From the human T2T-CHM13v2.0 reference genome, Homo sapiens, in NCBI RefSeq assembly GCF_009914755.1, contig NC_060935.1: DNA of 64,000 bases; one strand, 5' to 3'. Below are positions 12,575 through 24,234 of this stretch, one piece after another (the first letter of the stretch is position 1; every line of letters starts with the position of its first letter). Position numbers and translations under genes: made by a program. The notes below the pieces were generated by a model that ran no database searches, had not been told where the DNA came from, and saw only the letters and a program-made list of their open reading frames with translations.

Positions 12575-15128
12575 AAATTTATTTTTAATGTCAATAGATT
12601 TTTAGGGAGCAGGTGGTGTTTGGTTACATGAATAAGTTCTTTAGTGGTGATTTCTGAGGTTTTAGTGCACCCATCACCCGAGCAGTGTACACTGTACCCA
12701 GTGTGTAGTCTTTTGTCCCTCACCCCCTCCCACCCTTTCCCCCAAAGTCCAGTGTGTCATTCTTATGCCTTCGTGTCCTCATAGCTTAGCTCCCACTTGT
12801 GAGTGAGAACATACAATGTTTGGTTTTCCATTCCTGAGTTACCTCACTTCGAATAATAGTCTCCAATTCCATCCATTTTATATATATATATAGTTTCATT
12901 ATTCTACATGTGGCTTGCAACTTATGCCAGAACCATTTGTGGAATAGGATGTCCTTTCCCCACTTTATGTTTTTGTTTGCTTTGTCGAAGATGAATTGGC
13001 TGTAAGTATTTGGCTTTATTGCTGGGTTCTCTATTCTGTTCCATTGGTCTATATGCCTATTTTTATACCAGTACCATGCTGTTTTGGTGACTATGACCTT
13101 ACAGCATAGTTTGAAGTTGGGTAATGTGATGCCTCCAGATTTGTTCTTTTTGCTTAGTCTTGCTTTGTCTATGTGGGCTCTTTTTTGATTCCATATGAAT
13201 TTTAGGGTTTTTTTCCTAGTTCTTTGAAGAGAATGATGGTGGTATTTTGATGGGAATTGCACTGAATTTGTAGGTTGCTTTGGGCAGTATGGTCATTTTC
13301 ACAGTATTGATTCTACCCATCCATGAGCATGGAATGTGTTTCCATTTGTTTGTGTCATCTATGATTTCTTTCAGTAGTGTTTTGTAGTTTTCCTTGTAGA
13401 GGTCTTTTCTTCCTTGATTAGGTATATTCCTAAGTATTTTATTTTATTTTTTGCAGCTATTATAAAAGAGCTTGAGTTCTTGATTTGATTCTCCACTTGG
13501 TTGCTATTGGTGTATAGGAGAGCTACTGATTTGTGTACATTAATTTTGTATCCTGAAACTTTGCTGAATTCATTTACCAGTTCTAGGAGCTTCTTGGATG
13601 AGTCTTTAGGGTTTTCTAGTTATGCAATCATATCATCAGCAAAAAGCGAAAATTTGACTTCCTTTTTACTGATTTGGATGTCCTTTATTTCTTTCTCTTG
13701 TCCGATTGTTCTGGACAAAAAGTGGGCATCCCTGTCTTGTTCCAGTTCTCAGAGGGAATGCTTTCAACTTTTCCCCAATAAGTATAATGTTGGCTGTGGG
13801 TTTGTCATAGATGGCTTTTATTACATTGAGGTATATCCCTTGTATGCCAATTTTGCTGAGGGTTTTAATCATAAAGCGATGCTGGATTTTGTCAAATGCT
13901 TTTTCTGCATCTATTGAGATGAACATTGATTTTTTTGTTTTTAATTCTGTTTATATGGAGTATCACATTTATGGACTTATGTATGTTAAAGCATCCCTGC
14001 ATCCCTAGTATCAAACCCACTTGATCATGATGGGTTATCTTTTTGATATGCTGCTGGATTCGGTTTGCTAGTATTTTGTTAGGGATTTTTGCATCTATTA
14101 TATGTTAATCAGGGATATTGGTCTGTAGTTTTCTTTTTTTGCTATGTCCTTTCCTGGTTTAGGCATTAGGGTGATACTGGCTTCATAGAATAATTTAGGG
14201 AGGATTCCCTCTTTCTCTATCTTGTGGGATAGTATCAGTAGGATTGGCACCAATTCTTCTTTGAGTATCTGATAGAATTCAGCTGTGAATCCATCTAATC
14301 CTGGACTTCTGTTTTGTTGACAATTTTTTAATCACCATTTCAATCTTGCTGCTTGTTGTTAGTCTGTTCAGAGTTATTATATCTTCCTGGTTTAATCTAG
14401 GAGGGTTGCATCTTTCCAGGAATTTATCCATCTCCTCTAGGTTTTCTAGTTTATGTTCATAAAGGTGTTCAGATTAATGTTGAATAATCTTTTGTATATC
14501 TGTGGAATCAGTAATAAGATCTCCTGTTTCATTTCTAATTGAGTTTATTTGGATCTTCTCTCTTGTTTTGTTGGTTAATTTTGCTAATGGCCTGTTTTAT
14601 TTACCTTTTCAAAGAACTAGCTTTTTTTTCATTTGTCTTTTGTATTTTTTGTTTTAATTTCATTTAGTTCTGCTCTGATTTTTGTTATTTCTTTTCTTTT
14701 GCTGGGTTTGGATTTGGATTGTTCTTGTTTCTCCAATTCTGTAAGGTGTGACCTTAGATTGTCTATTTGTGCTCTTTCAGACTTTTTGATGTACGTATTT
14801 AATGCTATGAATTTTCCTCTTAGCACCACTTTTGCTGTATCCCAGAGATTTTGTAGGTTTTGTCAGTATTATTCAGTTCAAATAATTATTAAATTTTCAT
14901 TTGGATTTCATTGTTGATCCCATGATCATTCAGCAGCAGTCTATTTAATTTCCATGTATTTGCATGGTTTTGTGGGTTCCTTTTGAAGTTGATTTCCAAT
15001 TTTATTCCACTGTGGTTTGAGAGAGTGCTTAATAAAATTTTGACTTTCTTAGATTTACTGCAACTCATTTTGTGGCCTAACATATGGTCTATCTTGGAGA
15101 ATGTTGCATGTGCTGATGAATAGAATGT
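12575..15128 (-). mobile_element. L1PB1-like element, 5'-truncated in the endonuclease region, with an internal ORF2 deletion
   Basis: L1PB-type 3'UTR (ggtggtgtttggttacatgaataagttctttagtggtg). ORF2 fragments [28 protein letters not shown] and [18 protein letters not shown]. Frameshifted. Confidence 0.85.
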
Positions 15129-15981
15129 TGAATAACAGTGGTGAAAGTGGGCATTATTGTCATGTTTTAGATCTTAGAGTAAAGGCTTTTGGTTTTCCCC
15201 CATTCAGTATAACACTAGCTGTGGGTCTGATATGTATGGTTTTTATTATGTTGAGGTATATTCCTTCTATATTCATGTTTTTGAGGGTTTTTATCATGAA
15301 GAGGTATGAATTTTATCAAATACTTTTTCAGCATTAATTGAAGTGATAATATGGTTTTTATACTTCATTGTGTTGATAGGATGTATCATATTGATTGATT
15401 TGTGTATGTTGAACCATCCTTGCATCCCTGGAATAAATCCCACTTGGTCATGATGAATGATCTTTTTAATGTATTGTTGTGTTAATTTTGCTAGTATTGT
15501 GTTCAGAATTTTTCTGCAATATTCATCACAGACATCGGCCAGTAGTTTTCTTTTTTTTTTTGATATATCTTTGTCTGTTTTATGTATCATGGTAATAATG
15601 ATCTTGTATAATGAGTTTAGAAGTATTCCCTCCTCTTCTATATTTTGGAATAGTTTGAGTAGGATTAGTATTAGTTCTTCTTTAAATCTTTGGTAGAATT
15701 CAGCAGTGAAGCCATTGGGTCCTGGGCTTTTCATTGCTAGGAGACTTTTTACTACAGCTTCATTACTTTTTATTGTTCTGTTTAGGTTTTGAATTTCTTC
15801 ATGGTTTAATCTTGGTAGATTGTATGTGTTCAGGAATTAATGAATTTCCTCTGCATTTTCCAATTTATTGGCATATAATTGCTCATAGTAGCAACTGATG
15901 GTTTTTTTGAATTTCTGTGGTACCAGTTATAACGTCTCCTTTTTCACCTTTGATTTTATTTTTTTGGGTCTTCTCCCTTTT

Positions 15982-16298
15982 GTTTTTGTTTTTGTGTGTG
16001 TGTGTTTGATTGTTTTTGAGACGGAGTTTCGCTCTTGTCTCCCAGGCTGGAGTGCAGTGGCACGATCGGCTCACTGCAACCTCCACCTCCCAGGTTCAAG
16101 CAATTCTCATGTTTCAGCCTCCCTAATAGCTGGGATTACAGGCACTCACCACTATGCCCAGCTAATTTTTGTATTTTTAGTAGAGACGGGGTTTCACCAT
16201 GTTGGCCAGGCTGGTCATGAACTCCTGACCTCAAGTGATCTGCCCACCTTGGCCTCCCAAAGTGCTGAGATTACAGGCATGAGCCACTGTGCCTGGCC
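15982..16298 (-). mobile_element. AluS (Sq/Sp-like) inserted in L1 ORF2
   Basis: 17-bp TSD TGGGTCTTCTCCCTTTT at 15965-15981 and 16299-16315. GGAGTTTCGCTCTTG diagnostic. Confidence 0.95.
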
Positions 16299-17806
16299 TG
16301 GGTCTTCTCCCTTTTTTTTCCTTCATTAGTCTGGCCAAAGGTTTGTCAATTTTGTTTATCACTTCAAAAGATGAACTTTTTGTTTCATTGATCTTTTGTA
16401 TTGCTTTCTTCATTTCTAATTTACATATTTTTTCTCTGATCCCTATTATTTCTTTTCTTATACTAATGTTGGGTTTGGTTTGCTCTTGCTTTTCTAGTTC
16501 TTTAAGATGCATAATTAGGTTATTTATTTGAAGTCTTTTTCTATTTCTTGATATAGGTACTTTTTGCTATAAATTTTCCTTTTAGTACTGCTTTCACTGC
16601 ATCCCATAGGTTTTGATATGCTGTATTTTCATTATTTTTTGTTTCAAGAAATTTTTCAATTTTCTTCTTAATTTCTTTATATACCCATTGATCATTCAGG
16701 AACATGTTGTTTAATTTCCATGTGTTTGTATAGTTCCCAAAATTCCTTGTTATTAATTTCTAGTTGTATTCCATTGTGGTCAGAGAAGATGCTTGATATT
16801 ACCCCAATTTTTTGAATGCTTTAAGAATTGTTTTGTGATGTAACATATGGTCTATCCTTGAGAATAATCCATGTACTGAGGAGAAGAATGTGTATTCTGT
16901 AGCCACTGTTCTGTAAATATTATATCTACCAGTTTTATTTATAGTGCATATTAAGTCTGAAGTTTCTTTGTTGATTTTCTGTCTGGGAGACCTGTCCAAT
17001 GCTGAAAGTAGGGTGCTGAGGTCTACAGCTATTATTGTGTTGAGGTCCATCTTTGGCTCTAATAATATTTGCTTTATATAGCTGGGTGCTCCAGTGTTGG
17101 GATCATATATATTTACAATCATTACATCTTCATGCTGAATTGATCCCTTTATCATTATATACTGACCTCCTTTGTCTCTATTTACAGTTTTTGTCTCAAA
17201 ATCCATTTTGTCTGACATAAGTATAGCTACTCCAGCTCTTTTTTGGTTTTCATTGGCATGGAATATCTTTTTCCATCCCTTTATTTTCAGTCTATATGTG
17301 TCTTTATAGGTGAAGTGTGTTTCTTGTAGGTAACAGAACATTGGTTCTCTTTTTTCATTTATTAAACCACTGTATGTCTTTTTATTGGCAAGTTTAGTCC
17401 ATTTACATTCAATATTATTATTCATATGTAAGGACTTACTCCTGTCATTTTGTAATTTGTTGTCTAGTTGTTTTGTAGTCTTCTCTTCCAGTTTTTCTTC
17501 CTTCTTGTCCTCTTTTTAGTGAAGGTGAATTTTTGGTATTATTTTTTAATTTCTTGTTTGTTATATTTTATGTATTCATTGTGTGTTTTTTTTATTTGAG
17601 GGTACCATAAAGCTTGCAAATACTATCTTATAGCCCATTACTTTAAACTAACGACAACTTAACACTGATTGCATAAACAAGCAAGCAAATACCCCAAAAG
17701 AAAACTAACAAAGATTATACTCTTTAACTTCATTGCCCAATTTTTTTAACTTTTTGTTTTTTCTCTTTATATCTTCTTGTACTATGTCCTGAAAAGTTAT
17801 TGTAAT

Positions 17807-20370
17807 TGTATTAGGTCATTTTCAGGCTGCTGATAAAGACATACCTGTGACTGGGTAATTTATAAAGAAAAAGAGGTTTGGTCAGGAGATCAAGACCATC
17901 CCAGCTAGCACAGTGAAATCCCATCTCTACTAAAAATACAAAAATTAGCCGGGTGTGTTGGCATGCACCTGTAGTCCTAGGTACTCAGGAGGCTTAGGCA
18001 GGAGAATCACTTGAACCCAGGAGGTGGAGGTTGCAGTGAGCCTAGATCATGCCACTGCACTCTAGCCTGGATGACAGAGCAAAACTCTGTCTCAAAAAAA
18101 AAGGTTTAATTGACACACCACATGGCTGGGGAGGCCTCACAATATGGCAGAAGGTAAAAGGCACATCTTGCATGGTGGCAGGCAAAAGGAAAATGAGAAA
18201 ACATGTGAAGAGGTTGCTGGGATGCAGGGCACCATGTCACTAGGCTGCACACAGCATGTTCTTATAAAACCATCAGATCTCGTGAGACTTATTCAATCTC
18301 ATGAGAACAGCATGTGAAAGACCCACCCCTAGGATTTAACTACGTGCCACCAGGTCCCTCCCACGACACATGACAATTGTGGGAGCCACATTCAAGATGA
18401 GATTAGGGTGGAGATGCAGCAAAACCATATCATTCTGACTCTGGCCCCTCCCAAATCTCATGTCCTCACATTTCAAAACCAATCATGCGTTTCAAACAGT
18501 TCCCCAAAGTCTTAACTCATTTCAGCATTAATTCAAAAGTCCACAGTCCAAAGTCTCATCTGAGACAAGGTAAGTTCCTTCTGCCTATGAGCCTGTAAAA
18601 TCAAAAGCAAGTTAGTAACTTCCTAGATACAATGGGGGTACAGACACTGGATAAATACACCCATTCCAAATAGGAGAAATTGGCCAAAACAGAGGGGCTA
18701 AAGGCCCCATGCAAGCCTGACATCCAGTGGGGCAGTCAAATCTTAAAGCTCCAAAATGATCTCCTTTGACTCCATGTCTCACATCCAGGTCACACTGATG
18801 CAAGAGGTGTGTTCCCATGGTCTTGGGCAGCTCTGCCCCTTTGGCTTTGCAGGGTACAGCCTCCTCCCTGCCTGCTTTCATGGGCCAGCATTGAGTGTCT
18901 GTGGCTTTTCCAGGAGCACAGTGAAAGCTGTCAGTGGATCTACCATTCTAGGGGCTGGAGGACAGTGGCCCTCTTCTCACAGCTCCACTAGGCAGTGCCC
19001 CATTGGGGACTCTGTGTGGGGGCTCCAACCCAACATTTCCCTTTTGCACTGCCCTAGCAGAGGTTCTCCACGAAGGCCCACCCCCTGCAGCAAACTTCTG
19101 CCTGGACATCCAGGCATTTCCATACATCCTCTGAAATATAGGCAGAGGTTCCCAAACCTCAATTCTTGACTTCTGTGTACCTGCAGGCTCAACATCACAT
19201 GGAAACTGCCAAAGCTTTGTGCTTGCACCCTCTGAAGCCATGGCCAGAGCTGAACCTGGGCCCCTTTTAGCCGTGGCTGAAGTTGCTGGGATGCAGGGCA
19301 CAAAGTCACTAGGCTGCACACAGCATGGTCACTCTGGCCTTGGCCCATGAAACCATGTTTCTCTTCTAGGCCTCCAGGTTTGTGATGGGAAGGGCTGCCA
19401 TGAAGACCTCTGACATGCCCTGGAGACATTTTCCCCATTGTTTTGGCAGCATTTGGCTCCTTGTTATTTCTGCAAATTTCTGCAGTCTGCTGGAATTTCT
19501 CCTCAGAAAATGGGGTTTTCTTTCCTATTGCATTGTCAGGCTGCAAATTTTCTGAATTTTTATGCTCTATTTCCCTTTTAAAACTGAATTATTTTAACAG
19601 CACACAAGTCACATCTTGAATGCTTTGCTGCTTAGAATTTCTTCTGCCAGATACCCTAAATCATCTCCCTCATGTTCAAAATTCCACAAATCTCTTGGGC
19701 AGGGTCAAATGCCCCCAATCTCTTTGCTAAAACATAGTAAGAGTCACCTTTACTCCAGTTCCCAACAATTTCCTCATCTCCATCTGCGACCACCTCAGCC
19801 TGGATTTTATTGTCTATGTCATTATCAGCATTTTGACCAAAGCCATTCAACAAGTCTCTAGGTAGTTCAAACTTTTCCACATCTTCCTATCTTCTTCTGA
19901 GCCCTCCAAGCTGTTCCAACCTCTGCCTGTTACCCAGTTTCAAAGTCACTTCCACATTTTTGGGTATCTTTAGAGGAGCACCCCACTCTACCAGTACCAA
20001 TTTATGTATTAGTCCATTTTCATGCTGCTAATAAGGACATACCTGAGACTGGGTAATTTATAAAGAAAAAGAGGTTTAATTGACTCATAGTTCCACATGG
20101 TTGGGGAGGCCTCACAATCACGGTGGAAGATGAAAGGCACATCTTATGTGGCAGCAGGCAAAAGGAAAATGAGAGAAATTGTGCAGGGAAACTCCCCCTT
20201 ATAAAACCATCAGATCTCATGAGACTTATTCACTATCACGAGAACAGCACAGGAAATACCCACCCCCATGATTCAATTACCTCCCACCCAGTCTTTCTCA
20301 CAACACATGGGAATTGTGGGAGCTACAATTCAAGATGAGATTTGGGTGGGGATACAGCCAAACCATATTA
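17807..20370 (-). mobile_element. Full-length THE1 (B/C-like) MaLR: 3'LTR 17807-18432, internal 18433-20004, 5'LTR 20005-20370
   Basis: Both LTRs read TGTATTAG..AACCATAT(C/T)A on the + strand, with a 1572-bp THE1-int between them. Near-TSD GTAAT/ATAAT. Confidence 0.93.
17880..18102 (+). mobile_element. 5'-truncated Alu (Sc/Y-like) inside the THE1 LTR
   Basis: Starts GGTCAGGAGATCAAGACCATCC and has an A-tail. The duplicated target AGGTTT flanks both sides. Confidence 0.9.
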
Positions 20371-23300
20371 ATAATTATTATTTTTGATTGGTTCATTATT
20401 TAGGCTTTCTGCTTTACATAAGTGTAGTTTATACACCACTATTACAGAGTTATAATATTCTGTGTTTTTCTGTGTGCTTACTATTACCAGTGAGTTTTGT
20501 ACCTTCAGATGATTTCTTCTTGCTCATTGATATCCTTTACTTTCAGATTGAAGTACTCCCTTTAACATTTCTTGTATGACAGGACTGGTGTTGATGTAAT
20601 CCTTCAACTTTGCTTGTCTGAGAAGTTCTTTATTTCTTCTTCATGCCTGAATGATATTTTCAATAGATACACTATCCTAAGGTAAATGTTTTTTTTTTTT
20701 CCTTCGTCACTTTAAATATGTCTTTCCACTCTCTCCTGGCCTGTAATGTTTCCACAGAAAAGTCTACTGCCAGACATACAGAGCTCTATTCTATGTTATT
20801 TGTTCTTTTCTCTTGCTGCTTTTATAATCTTTTCTTCATTCTTGACCTTTGGAAGTTTGATTATTAAATGTCTTGAAGTTGTCTTCTTTGGGTTAAATCT
20901 GCCTGCCGTTTATTATAGCCTCTTGTACTTGGATATTGATATCTTTCTCTAGGTGTGGGAAGTTCTCTGTTATTATCTCTTTCAATAAACTTTCTACCCC
21001 TATCTTTTTCTCTACCTCTTCTTTCTGGCCAGTAACTTCTGTTTGCCCCTTTGAGGCTATTTTCTTGATCCTGGAGGCATGCTTCATTTTAAAAATTCAT
21101 TTTTCTTTTGTCCCCTCTAACTGTATATTTTCAAATAGCCTTTCTCCAAACTTAGTAATTCTTTTGTCCACTTGATCAGTTCTGCTATTAAGAGACTCTG
21201 ATGCATTTTTCAGCATGTGAATTGCATATTCACTTGCAGATTTTCTGCTTCATTCTTTTTAATTATTTCAATGTCTTTGTTAAATTTATCTAATAGATTT
21301 TTGAATTTCTTCTCGCGTTATCTTGAATTTCTTTGAGTTTCCTCAACACAGCTATTTTGAATTCTCTGTCTGAAAACTCACATATGTCTCTCTCTCCAGG
21401 ATTGGCCCCTGGTGCCTTATTTCATTTGGTAAGGTCATGTTTTTCTGTATGGACTTGATGCCTGTGGCTGTTCATTGGTGTCTGATCTTTGAAGAGTTAT
21501 GCATTTATCACAATCTTCACAGTCTGGGCTTGTTTGTGTCCATCCTTCCTGGGAACGCTTTCTACATATTCAAAGGGACCTGGGGGTTGAGATCTGAGTT
21601 TTTGGTCACTGCAAGCCATATCTGCATTACAGAGCACCCCAAGCCTAGTAACGTTGTGGTTCTTGAAGACTCGTAGAGGTACCACTTTGGTGGTCTCGGA
21701 TAAGATATGGAAGAATTCTCTGGATTACCAGGTGGAGACTTTTGTTCTCTTCTTTTACTTTCTCCTGAACAAAGGAGTCTCTCTTTCTTTGCTGAGGTAC
21801 ATGAGGCTATGGGAAGGGTTACACAAGCACCCCTGTGGCCATCACCACTGAGATTGGGCTGGGTGAGACCTGAATCCAGCACAGCACTGGGTCTCTCCCA
21901 AGGCCTGCTATAACTACTACCTGGTCACCACCTATGTTCGCTCAAGGCCCTAGAGCCTTAAAGCCAGCAGGTGGTGAAGCCAGCCAGTCTTGTGACCTTC
22001 ACTTCAGAGCAGTGAGTTCCCTCATGTCCTTGGCTGGTCCAGAGATACCATCTGGAAGTCAGGGACTGAAGTTGGAAAACTTAAAAATCTACCTGCTAAG
22101 GCTAAGCTAGCACTCAAACCACAATACAAAGTCCTTCCCACTTTCCCCAGGCAAAATAGTCTCTCCCTGTGCCCACCACCACACAGGCTCACAGGGAGTA
22201 CTCTCAGGCTACCAGTAATGTTCACTTATGGCCTAAGGACTCTTCAGTCAGCTTGTGGTGAATGCTGTCAGGCTTGGGACTCACCCTTCAGGGCAAGAGG
22301 CTCCCCTCTGGCCCAGGGCAGGCTCAGAAATCCCATCCAAGAGCCAAATCCTGGAATCAGGAGCTCCAAGACCTTGCTTGGTGATCTTCCCTACTGTGAC
22401 CAAGCTTGTACCTAAGCTGCAATCAAAATCCTTTTTTATTATTATGCCTCCTTTTCTCAGGCAGAAGGAGTCTCTTCTCATATCCACCATGGCTGTGAAT
22501 ATGCTGGGTCACACCTGAAGCTAGCAAATCTCAGAGTCTCACCCAAGGCCCATGGTATGTACTACATGGTTACCATGGCTGATTATTCAGATCTCAATAG
22601 TACTTCTTCAATCAGCAGGTGATGAATCCTGCCAGGTCCTTCCCTTCAAGGCTGCAGTTCTCTTCTGGCCCAGGGTGTGTCTAGAAATGTCTGGGAACTG
22701 TGGCATGGAAAGGGGACCTCATGACTAGGACTGGTGCCCTATTCTGCTGTGACTGAGCTGGTACCCAACAAGCAAGACAAAATAATCTCCACTTTTCTGT
22801 CTCCTCAAGCAGAAAAAATTGGTCTCCTTTGGAGCCATGAGCTGTACAGCCTGGGGTTAGTGGAGGGGTGATGTCAGCATTCCTTAGCCACCCCAGCTGG
22901 TATTTCAGTGGGTCATGTGCATTCCCAGTCCACTGTCTCTGGGCCCACTTCAGCCCGAGGACTCACCTAGGTGTTGCAATCTTTGTGGCCGAGACTGCCT
23001 TTCAAGTTTATTTGGAGTCCCAGAGCACTTTAGCCTGTGGTGGCAAGGCTTGCAGGAACTCAAGTTCCACTCACTGGCATCAGCAATTCCTCTCTGGCTA
23101 GGGATAGTCTAAATACTCCAACTGTGGGTGTTGGCTGAGTTCTGCCTGTTGTTGGCAGCACTGAGTTCCAATGCAAAGTCCCCCAAGAATACAGATTCTC
23201 TCTCCACGCTGCCATGTGGTCACTTCCTGGGGGCCAGGGAGGGTGGTGTTGGCAGTTCAAGACTGTCTTTCTTACCCTCCTCAATGCCTCTTTCAATGAT

Positions 23301-23802
23301 ATGAAGTTAATACCAGGTACCGTGATCACTCACCTGATTTTTGGTTCTTATAAAAGTGCTTTTTTTGTGTAGGTTGTTGTCAAATTTGGTGTTTCTTTGG
23401 GGAGGACAATAAGTGGAGGCTTCTATTTGGCCATCTTGCTCCAACTCCTTTCCCCATTTGTTGTTAACCAACCCTTTCTAAATAACTATTTACTCAAATT
23501 TATGTATTTTTATTCATCAAAGATGAAAATGGCAGTAAAACACATTATACTGATGTTTTTGGATATTTGTATATAACCGGTATGAGTGTATAAAATTCTG
23601 GTCTTTCTTTTCTGGCTCATAACTCAAATCTGTAAAATACTGTTTATTAATTAATTATTTTATTCATTCATTAGTTTAAGCATTTAACTATCTACCACAT
23701 GCCACATATCTTACTAGGCAAGGGCTAAAAAAAAATGTCTAATACACATAAACAGACTTGGCCCTCAAGAAGCAAAATTCATAAATAATACTATATATAC
23801 CA

Positions 23803-23930
23803 TGGATGACCATATGCATTGGCTTGCTTGAATCACTAACAGTTTATACCTGTTTTCTCATTTGCTTATTTATACTTCTAATACTCTTAAAATTACCCTT
23901 GTTTAGACAAGAAATTATAGAGTTACCTAT
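23803..23930. mobile_element. MER94-like hAT-Blackjack MITE, diverged
   Basis: Ends resemble GGGTGACCATA / GGTTACCCTA TIRs. Confidence 0.45.
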
Positions 23931-24147
23931 AATACATGAACTTAGTTTTCTAAATGAAACTTGAATATATGAAGTTTGAACAATGTAAAAGAAATGTTTA
24001 TAATATTTGAGTTTATCAATTTAATGATAAATTTATGTTTAAGATTTTATGTAGACATATATCATGTACTAACTTAGTTTTTCCCTTTTCACATTTTATT
24101 AACCAAATTTTATTTAAACTCTTCACATGTATATTTAACATTTGTAT

Positions 24148-24234
24148 ACATATGTAACTAACCTGCACATTGTGCACATGTACCCTAAAACTTAAAGTAT
24201 AATAATAATAAATAAATAAATAAAAAGAAAAAAA
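24148..24234 (+). mobile_element. Ultra-short (~90 bp) L1PA3-like 3' end insertion
   Basis: ACATATGTAACTAACCTGCACATTGTGCACATGTACCCTAAAACTTAAAGTATAATAATAAT plus A-tail. TSD AACATTTGTAT at 24137-24147 and 24235-24245. Confidence 0.9.

Larger units (their letters stand above)
15125..23455 (-). mobile_element. L1MA-type element with 5'UTR, ORF1 and ORF2 EN to mid-RT; 3' part missing; interrupted by an Alu and THE1
   Basis: ORF2 remnants (LQETHFTYKDTYRLKIKGWKKIFHAN; [14 protein letters not shown]; [15 protein letters not shown]) and ORF1 remnants (EIITENFPHLEKDINIQVQEA). The 5' end reads GGAGTTGGAGCAAGATGGC (YY1-like) on the minus strand at ~23430-23450. Confidence 0.85.

Noticed and set aside
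16799-17425. 208-aa ORF as a gene
   Set aside because: It is a decayed L1 ORF2 endonuclease fragment, frameshifted relative to the rest of ORF2.
18612-19880. Several 60-190-aa ORFs
   Set aside because: They lie in THE1-int and are broken MaLR internal ORF remnants or antisense frames.
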